Shown here one piece after another: positions 24,440 to 35,789 of a stretch of DNA of 64,000 nt. Below the pieces are notes generated by a model. The model was not told where the DNA came from and ran no database searches. It saw nothing but the letters and a program-made list of their open reading frames with translations. The DNA comes from Mobula hypostoma (lineage: Eukaryota), in the NCBI RefSeq assembly GCF_963921235.1, contig NC_086097.1:12586001-12650000 (forward strand), given 5' to 3'. Within the stretch, counting starts at the first letter, position 1. The number at the start of each line of letters is the position of its first letter. The position numbers and the translations under genes were made by a program.

Positions 24440-24982
24440 TACTGTGTATCCAGAACATTTAGTCAATGACAATGGGCCATTGTTTGTCGTGGAACTGCTT
24501 CGGTCATTTGTGAAAATGAATAGGATAAGACATATTACATGTACGGCTACCCAGCTACAAATGGCTTTACAGAAAGGTTTGTCCAGAGTCTAAGGAATGC
24601 ACTGGAAGCAATGTCAGTAGATCACACCGCACTGAATCAGAAGCTCACCAGTTTCTTTGTATAATATTACAAGAGACCAATACGTTACGTATTTGAGTTG
24701 AGATGCATTCTATGTTGAATTGGAGTTTATAGCTGCGCAGGGAGGAGTGTAGTGTATTTAATATTTCAGTAATATAGAGTAATATTATAACTATTGTTTG
24801 ATTAAGCATTCTTTGTTTGTTTACATAATTCATTCTGGGTTATTTGTAAGATGGCATACAGTATGTCAAAATGGCACCACATCATATCTGAGCACCTCAC
24901 TAAAGAAAAACTAAGAAGCCAAGTATCCCCGACTCCTGGGTTTTCTTTTAATTAGTTTGTGGAGTCACAAAACTTCACAACA
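24440..24982 (+). mobile_element. Gypsy-type LTR retrotransposon relic: integrase core fragment, PPT and 3' LTR
   Basis: PEHLVNDNGPLF..IRHIT..PATNGFTERFVQSL; purine tract AGGGAGGAG at 24739-24747 directly before TGTAGTG; LTR ends CACAACA at 24982. Confidence 0.75.
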
Positions 24983-24989
24983 GGACAAA

Positions 24990-26750
24990 AGTAAGGTGGT
25001 TACTTGTATAGTGTGACCACGTCGGGAGTATTGCATACACTTTTGGTCTCATTGTTTAAATATGGATAACAATGAATCAGTTCAGATTCATTTACCATTT
25101 GAATACCTGTAAAAAGTGTGTTGTCTTATGAGAAGAGATTGGGCAGACTTCCAAAGACGTACCGGTTAGTATATTAATTGGTTATTGTAATTTGTGTAGT
25201 GATTAGGCTAGGTTTAAGTTGGAGGATTGTTGGGCAGCACGGCTCGAAGGGCCGGAGGGGCCTACTCTGTGCTGTATCTCAATAATAGATAAATAAAATA
25301 GTTTTAAAGTGAGAGAGGGGAAGTTTAAAGGAGGGTTAAAGGCGCATATTTATTTCTTACATGGAGAATAGTCGGTATCTGGAATACACTGCTTGAGAAG
25401 GCAGTGAGGGCTAATACAATAAATGGTTGGAAGTGAACCATGTGCAGGTCAAGTTTAAATAAGCATAATTGCCAGCACAGACATTGTGGATGAAGGGCCT
25501 GTTCCTGTCCTGTACTGTTCTCTGTTCTGTGTTCTAGTGTAGCTCGCTTGAATGTAACTGAGGAACCACCCTCAAATTGCCATGATTTACTGTTTTTATT
25601 TAAGATTTCCAACATCTGCAAATTCTTTTTATTTATTTTGAAAAGGACCATGCTTTTCTGTTTCCATTCATGAGGACCATTAGGCCTGGGCTCTAGAAAC
25701 AAAGAGGCTTTTGTGCCTTTGGTGGGCTGGAGAGTGAGAGAGAGAGGAACTACAGTACACCTGTGTATAATTGAAAACCCTGGGCCTGTACGCTCTGAAA
25801 TTTAGAAGAATGAAGGGTGATCTCATTGAAACCTATCGAATTATCTCACTTTAATGACTCTTTATCTTATTATCTCACACTCTAGTTATTTATTTCTATT
25901 TATTTATACTTGCATTTGCAGAGTTTGTTGTCTTCTGCACTCTGGTTGATCTTTCATTGATCCTGCAGTATTTACCATTCTATAGACTTGCTGAGTATGC
26001 CTACAGAAAATTTAATCTCAGTGTTGTATATAGTGACATAGATGTACTTTGTGTTGGCGTGGCCAAGTGGTTAAGGCGTTCATCTAGTGATCTGAAGGTT
26101 GCTAGTTCGAGCCTTGGCTGAGGCAGCGTGTTGTGTCCTTAAGCAAGGAACTTAACCACACATTGCTCTGCGACGACACCGGTGCCAAGCTGTATGGGTC
26201 CTAATGCCCTTCCCTTGGACAACATCGGTGGCGTGGAGAGGGGAGACTTGCAGCATGGGCAGCTGCTGGTCTTCCATAAAACCTTGCCCAGGCCTGCGCC
26301 CTGGAAACTTTCCAGGGTGCAAATCCATGGTCTCATGAGACTAACGGATGCCTATTATTATATAGATGTACTTTGATGATAAAATTTTATTTGAACTTTG
26401 AATATTGAAAGATCTAGATAGAGTGTATGTGAAGAAGATGGTTCCCTTGCTAGGGAAGTCTAGGACCAGAGGGCACAGCTTCAAAATAGAGGACCGTCCA
26501 TTTGGAACAGAGATGAGGAGGAATTTCTTTCACTAGCGGGTGGTGAGTCTGTGGAATTCGTTGCCACAGGCAGCTGTGGAGGCCAGGTCACTGGATGCAT
26601 TTAAGTCTAAGGCTGATAGATTCTTGATTAATCAAGATTATGGGGAGAAGGCAGGAGAATGGAGTTAAGAGGGAAAATGGATCAAGCATGGTGAAATGGT
26701 GGAATAGACTTGAATGACTGAATGGCCTAATTCTGCTCCTATGTCTTAAT
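24990..26750 (+). mobile_element. Interleaved CR1 3' fragments, HE1-like SINE tail and Rex1-type 3' UTR
   Basis: CR1 pieces at 24990-25150, 25305-25540, 25780-25842 and 26400-26750. Confidence 0.6.
26052..26361 (+). mobile_element. tRNA-derived SINE family A, copy 4
   Basis: 14-bp TSD ATAGATGTACTTTG at 26038-26051 and 26362-26375. Confidence 0.92.
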
Positions 26751-27004
26751 ACATTTCTCTGTGAAAGCAAGATACCAGGATATTTTCCTCAGAAGCGGTT
26801 GCCCAATCTCCAAATATCCGTAGACCAGATTATGGGGAGATTGAAACCCCAGTCAGCAATTTCACTCTCATAATTGATATTGATTTGAAACAGGAAATTC
26901 CATTCTGAGCTCACACTGTGCAGAAAGTTGGTAACAGGAAGAATTCACCCACCGCAGCTCCCTCCCCGCCACCTCCGCTCTCCCACCCACCCCTGTACTC
27001 TCAC

Positions 27005-27014
27005 CTCAAATGGA
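27005..27014 (-). CDS. Candidate 10-nt microexon TCCATTTGAG
   Basis: ~40-nt polypyrimidine tract ending TTCTCAG, donor GAG|GTGAGA, downstream G-runs. Confidence 0.45.
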
Positions 27015-27304
27015 CTGAGAAACAAAAAAAAACAGGAACAAAAGACAGAAAAAAGTCAAAAGTGCCTGATGAAGGTTAGATTTTTAACAGATACATACCT
27101 ATTGCTTGTAAGTGTGAGTAGTATTTTCCACCTGAATGTGATCTTTACTGAATATATTTTTGTGGAATTCACCTTGATTACTATTAAGCACTGCGTCATA
27201 GTGCAGGGTGACTCGCTCCTCTGCTCCCTTTGAAAGGGGTCTTGCAAGCTGGCAGTTCCAAGATTTAAATCATAAAACGATGCAATTTCTCAACATATCA
27301 CAAT

Positions 27305-27430
27305 AGCAACCTGCACTTATCTGTGGCAAGATAGCCCAAGGCACTTCACAGGAGCGTTATCAAACAAAACTTGACACAGAACAACAAAAAGGATGCTAGG
27401 ACAGATGATGGTCAAAGAGTAAGGTCTTGT
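27305..27430 (-). mobile_element. Old L2-type LINE 3' end
   Basis: CCCAAGGCACTTCACAGGAGCGTTATCAAACAAAA matches a recalled L2 3' terminus in reverse. Confidence 0.5.
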
Positions 27431-27502
27431 ACAGGCAATAAGTGGAGAACTGAGAAAGAGGGGATAATCGCCATAATTCCAGAAGTCTGGCAACTCAAGG
27501 TA

Positions 27503-28126
27503 CGAGGGGTGATTGATAAATTTGTGGCCTAAGGTAGAAGGAGTCAGTTTTAGTAAACCTCGCACATTTATTTTTCCTACAATTACACACTTAGTCCAGC
27601 AGTCGTGGAGCATACGGATCCCTTCTTTGTAGAAGTCGGCGTCTTGGACCTCCAGAAAGTGGTCCACAGCTGGGATGGTTGATAAGTTCGTGGCCTAAGG
27701 TAGAAGGAGATGAGTTATTAACTTCAAAGTTTCTGCATTTTCATTCAAAGAGTTGAACTGCACGTGCATGTAACGAGAGCAGTATAATTCATCTCCTTCT
27801 AGCTAAGGCCACAAACTTATCAATCACCCTTGCTGTGGACCACCTGGAGGTCCAAGACGCTCTCGCTACATGCACATATAGTTCAAATCTTTGAGTGATA
27901 ATGCAGAAACCTTGAAGTTAATAACTCGTCTCCTTCTACCTTAGGCTACGAACTTATCAATCAGCCCTGCTGTGGACCACTTCTACAAAGAAGGGATCCG
28001 TATGCTCCACGACCGCTGGACTAAGTGTGTACATGTAGGAGGGGACTATGTTGAAAAATAAATATGCTAGATTTTCTAAAATTGACTCCTTCTACCCGAA
28101 GGCACGAACTTATCAATCACCCCTCG
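27503..28126. mobile_element. Mariner-derived palindromic MITE
   Basis: TA then TIR CGAGGGGTGATTGATAA; inverse ..TTATCAATCACCCCTCG; transposase C-terminal relic FYKEGIRMLHDCWTKCV in both orientations. Confidence 0.85.
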
Positions 28127-28264
28127 AATTTGTAGAATATCAGAATATCATTTAAATTCAGGAATGAAGAGGAGACTATACTTACAGCTGGGCTGACCTC
28201 CTCAGAGACAGGATGACGGCTTGAAGAAATGTTAGTGCTTTAGAAAACTCTAGTTAGGCTAAAT

Positions 28265-28600
28265 CAGGAGCATTGCTTACACTTCTGGTCACTCCATTAT
28301 AGGAAGGATATTGAGGCTTTGAAGAGAGTGCAGGAGAGGTTTACCATGATGTTGCTTGATTAAAGGGCATGTGCTATAATGAGAAGTTAGACAAACTTGG
28401 GTTGTTTTCTATGGACTGGTAGAGGCTACAGAGATCTGATAGATCAGGGGATTCCAACCTGGGGTCCATGGACCCCTTGCTCAATGGTATTGATCCATGG
28501 CATAACAATGGTTAGGAACCCCTGTGATAGAGTAGACACACAGTATGTTTCTCCCAGGGTTGAAATTTCTAATATCAGAGGGCATGCATTTAAGGTGACA
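28265..28600 (+). mobile_element. CR1 3' fragment
   Basis: TTCTGGTCACTCCATTATAGGAAGGAT..GAGAGTGCAG motif. Confidence 0.7.
28445..28524. mobile_element. 80-bp hAT/Charlie-type MITE
   Basis: CAGGGG..CCCCTG TIR (12/15 match); 8-bp TSD TGATAGAT/TGATAGAG. Confidence 0.8.
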
Positions 28601-29179
28601 TTGGTTGTTTGTTCATATCGTTGTGTGCAGTTTTCATTGATTCTATTGTGTTTCTTTGTACTTACTGTCAATGCCCACAAGGAAATTAATCTCAGGGTTG
28701 TATGTGGTGACGTATATGTACTTCGATAATAGATTTCCTTTGACCTTTGAACTCAGTAGATCATCAGCTGAGAATGTGGAGCTGTGATCATTGCAATTGT
28801 TCTTCACCCACCAGAGTTGCCTGACTCAGAGGGAAGTATGGCACCTTCAGAACCACTGCTTAATATTAGAAATTTGCCAAAATAGTTGACTGAAAAGCTT
28901 TCAATTTGATTTGGTACATTATACAAGGTTCGCAAATTATGGGTGTGATCTACCAGTATCAATAGACATGAGTTTGTGACTTAATTATCCATCCACCCTA
29001 TACTGGCTGGCAGTTGTTCTTCTGTTATTGGTCCACACTCCTCCACTGATTGATGACTCTCTTTAGGAGAATAAGGAAAATAAAATGATTGAAAATCAAT
29101 AACATCAGTCCAGTTTGCATCTACTAAGCATGGCAGTAAAAATCCAATCACGTGGCTTTGTAGAATAAGACAGCAATAC

Positions 29180-29475
29180 AATAGTGAAGTGGTTAGCGTG
29201 ACACTATTACAGCTCAGGGCATCAGAATTCAGAATTCAATCCCAGCATCCTCTGTAAAGAGTCCATACACCCTCCCTGTGGAATGCATGGTTTTTCCCCG
29301 GGTACTCTTGGTTCCTCTCACAGTCCAAAGACGTACTGGCTCGGTTTACTGGTCACTGTAAATTGTTCTGTGATTAGGGCAGGGTTAAATCAGGGTTGTT
29401 GGGGGTTGCTGTGTGGTGTGGCTTGAAGGGCTGGTAGGACCTACCCTGCGTTTTTTCTCTAAATAAAATAAAATA
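29180..29475 (+). mobile_element. HE1-like SINE
   Basis: tRNA-like head, V-core, (TAAAA)n tail. Confidence 0.75.
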
Positions 29476-29989
29476 AATTAGATTATTCTTTAAATGTCTA
29501 TGTGGTGTTCACTCAGAACACATATATTGTCAATCATTCACTGAACTAAAATATGATGCTGTCCTTCAGTATTGACGAGATCCACTTCTTGTAATATCTT
29601 CTATGGGTTAATTGGCTTCCGGTGCTATATCAATTATACAAGTCTGTGATTGCTCACATTGGAAAGACACATTTCTGCTCTGAGCTCTATTATCACAATT
29701 AGAGTTTTGCTGAACTTTCTTTAATCCCTCAGTCAAACTCTATATTGTGCTCTTGAGTCAAAACAAGTATATTCTAAACTCAATTCTAGAGCTCCATATC
29801 AGTGTATCTCATATCCAGTGTTAGGTACTACCCCTAGTAAAATTACTTTTCTCTTTAGCCACTTGCAAGATGTTGATGGAAAAGTACCTTTCCTGTGATA
29901 ATGAGTCTAAAGATTAACTTTATTTGTCACATGTACATCGAAACACTGAAAGACACAGTGAAATGTGTACTTTGCATCAATGACCAACA

Positions 29990-30245
29990 CAGTCTAAGGA
30001 TTGTGCTGGGGGCAGTCCACAAGGGTCGCCATGCTTTTGGTGCCAACGTAGCATTCCCACAACTCACTAACCCTAACCATTGACCTCTGGAATGTGGGAG
30101 GAAACTGGAGCTCTCAGAGGAAACCCATGCCACCTCCGGGAGAACATACAAACACCTTACAGACGGCAGTAGGAATTGAACCCTGATTAGTGATCGCTGG
30201 AGCTGTAAAGCAGTTTCACTAACTGCTACACTTCCATGACGCCCA
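29990..30245 (-). mobile_element. HE1-like SINE
   Basis: Reverse V-core TGTGGGAGGAAACTGGAG..GAGGAAACCCA. Confidence 0.7.
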
Positions 30246-30334
30246 TGCCATGGGGTTTGTCATAAGAGCAGAAATAAAGCAAACAGTGTCTTTACTTTCC
30301 TGAGTGTGCTAGAATGGAAGGTGATCTCATTGAA

Positions 30335-30760
30335 ATAGAACCTCAATTTCTCTTTCTGGTAACTTTCTCTCCTCTTCACTCTTCCCTTTTCTTCAATTCC
30401 CTACTCTGGCCTCTTACCTCTTCTCCTCTCCTGCCTGTCACTTCCCCCTTGTGCCCCTCCTTGTTCCCTTTCTCCCTTGGTCCACTCTCCTCTCCTATTA
30501 GTTTCCTTCTTCTCCAGCCCCATTGCCTTTTCCACCTATCACCTCCCCCACCCACCTGGCTTCATCTTCCACATTCTTGTCCTCCTTCTCTTCCTCTACC
30601 TTTTTATTCTGGCATCTTTCCCTGCCCTTCCCAGTGCTGATGAAGGATATCGGCCCCAAACCCTTCCATAGATGCTGCTTGACTGCTGAGGTCCTCCAGC
30701 ATTTTCTGTGTGTTGCTCTGGATTTCTATCATCTGTAGAATCTCTTCCGTTTCTAATGAT
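30335..30760 (+). mobile_element. Penelope-like pLTR
   Basis: Pyrimidine-rich body, CAGTGCTGATGAAGG, GATGCTG..CCTCCAGCATTT end. Confidence 0.7.
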
Positions 30761-31456
30761 TTGACCAGGGAAGTAACTAGCAAAGTTAGCACTGTTCCCT
30801 CCTCCTCAGAGGTTGCCTAATCTGCTAAGTACCTCCAGCATTTTCTGTTTTTATTCTGGGTAGAGCCATAGAGCAATACAGCAACACAATAATACCTTTG
30901 GTCCAAATATCCATCACCACCAATATCCTCACAAAGCTGGTGCCATGTCCATGCACTTGACCCATATCACTACAATCTTTTCCTGTCCATGGACCTATCC
31001 AAATGTCATTTAAATGTTGTTGCTATACCAGCCTCAACTTCTTTCTTTGGCAGCTCGTTCCACATGCACACAATCCTGTGCCTGAAGAAGTTGCTCCTCC
31101 AGTCTCTCTTTAAACCTTTAAATCTAGCTTCTGGTTCCCTTTCCCTGGAGAGAAAGAAAGACTGTGTGCATTCACCCTGTCTAAGTCCTTCAAGATTTCA
31201 TGGAACGCTGTGAGGTAGTTGCGGAGTTGATGCTTCCTGCAGCTGGGATGACTTGAACCAGAAGCCACTCTTTCAAAATATGGGGCCAATCAAGCTGTAG
31301 ATAAATACAAATACACTTCCCGACCCAGAAGATGGTGGCTCTTTGGAATTTTTAAGTATTGCTATTTAAGAAGTTGGTTTACAATTCCTTTTGCTCTTAT
31401 TCAATCCACAAGGTTTTATAAATGCTGCTGATCTCACTTGAATCCTGCTTGTCTCT

Positions 31457-33716
31457 TAGAAACCATAGAAACCATAGAAAAACTACAGCACAGAAACAGG
31501 CCTTTTGGCCCTTCTTGGCTGTGCCGAAACATTTTCTGCCTAGTCCCACTGACCTGCACACAGACCATATCCCTCAATACACCTCCCATCCATGTATCTG
31601 TCCAATTTATTCTTAAATGTTAATAAAGAACCCACATTTACCACCTCGTCTGGCAGCTCATTCCATACTCCCAACACTCTCTGTGTGAAGAAGCCCCCCT
31701 AATGTTCCCTTTAAACTTTTCCCCCCTCACCTTTAACCCATGTCCTCTGGTTTTTTTCTCCCCTTGCCTCAGTGGAAAAAGCCTGCTTGCATTCACTCTA
31801 TCTATACCCATCATAATTTTATATACCTCTATCAAATCTCCCCTCATTCTTCTATGCTCCAGGGAATAAAGTCGTAACCTATTCAACCTTTCTCTGTAAT
31901 TGAGTTTCTCAAGTTCCGGCAACAACCTTGTAAACCTTCTCTGCACTCTTTCAACCTTATTTATATCCTTCCTGTAATTTGGTGACCAAAACTGAACACA
32001 ATATTCCAGATTCGGCCTCACCAATGCCTTATACAACCTCATCATAACATTCCAGCTCTTATACTCAATACTTTGATTAATAAAGAACAATGTACCAAAA
32101 GCTCTCCTTATGACCCTATCTACCTGTGACGCCACTTTTAGGGAATTTTGTATCTGTATTCCCAGATCCCTCTGTTCCACTGCACTCCTCAGTGCCTTAC
32201 TATTAACCCTGTATGTTCTACCTTGGTTTGTCCTTCCAATGTGCAATACCTCACACTTGTCTGTATTAAACTCCATCTGCCATTTTTTAGCCCATTTTTC
32301 CAGCTGGTCCAAGTCCCTCTGCAGGCTCTGAAAACCTTCCTCACTGTCTACTACACCTCCAATCTTTGTATCATCAGCAAATTTGCTGATCCAGTTTACC
32401 ACATTATCATCCAGATCATTGATATAGATGACAAATAACAATGGACCCAGCACTGATCCCTGTGGCACACCACTAGTAACAGGCCTCCACTCAGAGAAGC
32501 AATTCTCTACTACCACTCTTTGGCTTCTTCCATTGAGCCAATGTCTAATCCAATTTACCACCTCTCCATGTATACCTAGCGACTGAATTTTCCTAACTAA
32601 CCTCCCATGCGGGACCTTGTCAAAAGCCTTACTGAAGTCCACGTAGACAATATCCACTGCCTTCCCTTCATCCACTTTCCTGGTAACCTCCTCGAAAAAC
32701 TCCAATAGATTGGTCAAACATGACCTACCACGCACAAAGCCATGTTGACTCCCCCTAATAAGTCCCTGTCTATCCAAATGCTTGTAGATTCTGTCTCTTA
32801 GTACTCCCTCCAATAACTTACCTACTACCGACATTAAATTTACTGGCCTATAATTTCCCGGATTACTTTTTGATCCTTTTTTAAACAACAGAACAACATG
32901 AGCCACTCTCCAATCCTCGGGCACCTCAACTGTAGACAGCGACATTTTAAATATTTCTACCAGGGCCCCTGCAATTTCAACACTAGTCTCCTTCAAGGTC
33001 CGAGGGAACACCCTGTCAGGTCCCGGGGATTTATCCACTTTAATTTTCCTCAAAACAGCAAGCACCTCCTCCTTTTCAATCTGTGTAGTTTCCATGGTCT
33101 CACTACTTGATTCCCTCAATTCCATAGACTTCATGCTAGTTTCCTTAGTAAATACAGATGCAAAAAACCTATTTAAGATCTCCCCCATTTCCTTTGGTTC
33201 CGCACATAGCCGACCACTCTGATCTTCAAGAGGACCAATTTTATCCCTTACGATCCTTTTGCTCTTAATACACCTGTAAAAGCTCTTTAGATTATCCTTC
33301 ACTTTGACTTCCAAGGCAACCTCATGTCTTCTTTTAGCCCTCCTGATTTCTTTCTTAATTATTTTCTTGCACTTCTTATACTCCTCAAGCACCTTATTTA
33401 CTCCCTGTTTCCTATACATGTCACACAACTCCCTCTTCTTCTTTATCAAAATTGCAATATCCCTTGAGAACCAAGGTTCCTTATTCCTATTCACTTTGCC
33501 TTTAATCCTGACAGGAACATACAAACTCTGCACTCTCAAAATTTCTCCTTTGAAGGCTTCCCACCTACTGATCACATCTTTGCCAGAGAACAACCTGTCC
33601 CAATCCACGCTTCTTAGATCCTTTCCCATTTCTTCAAATTTGGCCTTCTTCCAGTTCAGAACCTCAACCCTAGGACCAGATCTATCCTTGTCCATGATCA
33701 AGTTGAAACTAATGGT
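31457..33716 (-). mobile_element. Young CR1 LINE, ORF2 3' two-thirds plus 3' UTR
   Basis: Long open RT frame; (ATAGAAACC)n tail on the + strand. Confidence 0.95.
31638..33716 (-). CDS. CR1 ORF2 reverse transcriptase (lacks endonuclease; C-terminal frameshift)
   Basis: About 690 codons with KSPGPD, NYRPVNL, QHGF, DFSKAFDKV, GVPQGSVLGPLLF, KFADD. Confidence 0.9.
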   Translation of the reverse strand, partial: TISFNLIMDKDRSGPRVEVLNWKKAKFEEMGKDLRSVDWDRLFSGKDVISRWEAFKGEILRVQSLYVPVRIKGKVNRNKEPWFSRDIAILIKKKRELCDMYRKQGVNKVLEEYKKCKKIIKKEIRRAKRRHEVALEVKVKDNLKSFYRCIKSKRIVRDKIGPLEDQSGRLCAEPKEMGEILNRFFASVFTKETSMKSMELRESSSETMETTQIEKEEVLAVLRKIKVDKSPGPDRVFPRTLKETSVEIAGALVEIFKMSLSTVEVPEDWRVAHVVLLFKKGSKSNPGNYRPVNLMSVVGKLLEGVLRDRIYKHLDRQGLIRGSQHGFVRGRSCLTNLLEFFEEVTRKVDEGKAVDIVYVDFSKAFDKVPHGRLVRKIQSLGIHGEVVNWIRHWLNGRSQRVVVENCFSEWRPVTSGVPQGSVLGPLLFVIYINDLDDNVVNWISKFADDTKIGGVVDSEEGFQSLQRDLDQLEKWAKKWQMEFNTDKCEVLHIGRTNQGRTYRVNSKALRSAVEQRDLGIQIQNSLKVASQVDRVIRRAFGTLFFINQSIEYKSWNVMMRLYKALVRPNLEYCVQFWSPNYRKDINKVERVQRRFTRLLPELEKLNYRERLNRLRLYSLEHRRMRGDLIEVYKIMMGIDRVNASRLFPLRQGEKKTRGHGLKVRGEKFKGNIRGASSHRECWEYGMSCQTRW

Positions 33717-34230
33717 AAACAACAGGAATTCTGCAGATGCTGGAATTTCAAGCAACACACATCAAAGTTGCTGGTGAACGCAGCAGGCCAGGCAGCATCT
33801 CTAGGAAGAGGTACAGTAGACGTTTCAGGCCGAGACCGTTCGTCAGGACTAACTGAAGGAAGAGTTAGTAAGAGATTTGAACGTGGGAGGGGGAGGGGGA
33901 GATACAAAATGATAGGAGAAGACAGGAGGGGGAGGGATGGAGCCAAGAGCTGGACAGGTGATTGGCAAAGGGGATATGAGAGGATCATGGGACAGGAGGT
34001 CCTGGGAGAAAGACAAGGGGGGGGCGCGAACCAGAATATGGGCAAGGGGTATAGTCAGAGGGACAGAGGGAGAAAAAGGAGAGTGAGAGAAAGAATGTGT
34101 GTATAAAAATAAATAACGGATGGGGTACGAGGGGGAGGTGGGGCATTAGCGGAAGTTAGAGAAGTCGATGTTCATGCCATCAGGTTGGAGGCTACTCAGA
34201 CGGAATATAAGGTGTTGTTCCTCCAACCTG
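33717..34230 (-). mobile_element. Young Penelope-like 3' fragment (GIY-YIG tail, pLTR, hammerhead motif at 33815-33850)
   Basis: RLEEQHLIFRLSSLQPDGMNIDFSNFR*; minus strand AGTCCTGACGAACGGTCTCGGCCTGAAACGTC; terminus nearly identical to 54035-54180. Confidence 0.88.
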
Positions 34231-34530
34231 GCACGTAGCACAGGTAGCAATCCTGAGATTACCACCCTTGAGGTCCTGCTTTTCAACTTCCTACCTAGCT
34301 CTCTATACTCACTCACCAGGACCTCCTCACTCTTCCTTGATATGTCATTGGTACCGATGTGCACCACGACATCTGGCTGATCACCCTCCCACTTCAGAAT
34401 GTCATGCAAGCGATCAGAGACATCCTTGACGCTGGCACCCGGGAGGCAACAAACCATCCTGGATTCTCTGTCACGACCACAGAAGCTCCTATCTGCACAT
34501 CTAACCATCGAGTCCCCTATCACTACCTTC
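34231..34530 (-). mobile_element. CR1 ORF1 (esterase-like) fragment
   Basis: IGDSMVR..VCCLPGA..DVVVHIGTND..SRVVISGLLPV. Confidence 0.88.
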
Positions 34531-34879
34531 TGCTCTTATTTTCCCCGACTAAATAATCCAGAAACCGAGGGTCATCTCATGGTAAGTGTATTAGTTATTG
34601 GTGATTTTAGGAGTATTTGCCTAATTTGGAGCACTGGAAATAGGCCATAGAACAGTATAACACAGTATGGGTGGACCCTTCTGCCATGCTGTTATGTTGA
34701 ACTATATAAATCTACTCCAAACCAATCTAATCCTTCCGTTCTACACAGCCCAAGGCCCTTCACCTTTCTTACATCAATGTTCCTGTTGTATCTGCCTGTA
34801 TCACCATTCCCAGCAGTATAATCTCGGCACACCACACTCTGTGTGGAAAACAAAAAAACCTCAGTCTTTTTTTTAACAG

Positions 34880-35625
34880 AATAGTGTGCAGCTTTGATCA
34901 GGAAAGATGTAAATAAGATTGAAAGAGTACAGAGAAAATTTACAAGGTGGCTGAGGCTGTAAGGCCTGAGTTATAAGGAAAGGTTGAATAGGTTAGGAAT
35001 TTATTCCTTGGAATGTAAAAGATTGAGGGGACATTTGACAGAGGTATACAAAATTATGAGGGTTATAGATAGGATAAATGCCAACAGGCTTTTTCCACTG
35101 AAGTTAGGTGAGACCAAAACTAGAGATCATGGATTAAGGGTGAAAGGTGAAAAGTTTAAGGGGACCCTTCTTCACTCAGAGGATGGTGAGAGTGTGGAAT
35201 GAGCTGCGAGTGTAAGTGGTTGTTGCGATTTTGATTTTAACTTTTAAGAGAAATTTGGATAGGTACATGAATGGGAAGGGTATGCAGGTCTATGGTGCCA
35301 ATGTAGGTCAATGGGAATAGGCAGTTTAAATGGTTTCGGCATGGATTAGATAGGCCAGTAGGTTTGTTTCTGTGCTACAGTTCTCTATGACTGTCATCTC
35401 CCCTAAACTTTCCTCCACTCAACTTAAATGGATGTCCTCTGGTATTGGCCAGTGCTGCCCTGGGAAGAAGATGTTTACTGTCCACTCTACCTAGGCCTCT
35501 CTTAATCTTACACAGTACATCTCTATCAAGTTGCCTCTCACTCTTCTTTGCTCCAAATACAAAGGCCTTAGTTCGCTCACCCTTTCCTCTAAGACATGTT
35601 CTGTGATCTAGGCAGCATCCTCGGA
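34880..35625. mobile_element. Two tail-to-tail CR1 3' fragments (+ 34880-35392, - 35393-35625)
   Basis: RLGIYSLECKRLRG and NTRGHPFKL motifs. Confidence 0.75.
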
Positions 35626-35789
35626 ATGGAATTCTCTTCCCTTGGGGTTTGGAGATGTTCAAGATTGGAAAACATTCAAGACCAAGATAAATGCTGGAGA
35701 TTGATTTTCCTGCCTTTGTTTTCCTTGTAAAGAGTGGCTGGTATCTGCTGTAACTTTAATGTTCTGCCACACAACAAAGTAAAGCACCA

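Noticed and set aside
27066..27075. CTGATGAAGG hammerhead-like word
   Set aside because: No downstream helix II, GAAA or helix I partner
27099..27131. Possible 33-nt minus-strand exon (CAG..TAG|GTATGT)
   Set aside because: Weak pyrimidine tract and only about 84 nt from the microexon; not supportable without RNA data
33717..33758. N-terminal 14 residues of the 706-aa ORF, read as a host protein start
   Set aside because: They are Penelope terminal sequence that happens to be in frame; the rest is CR1 RT, not a host gene
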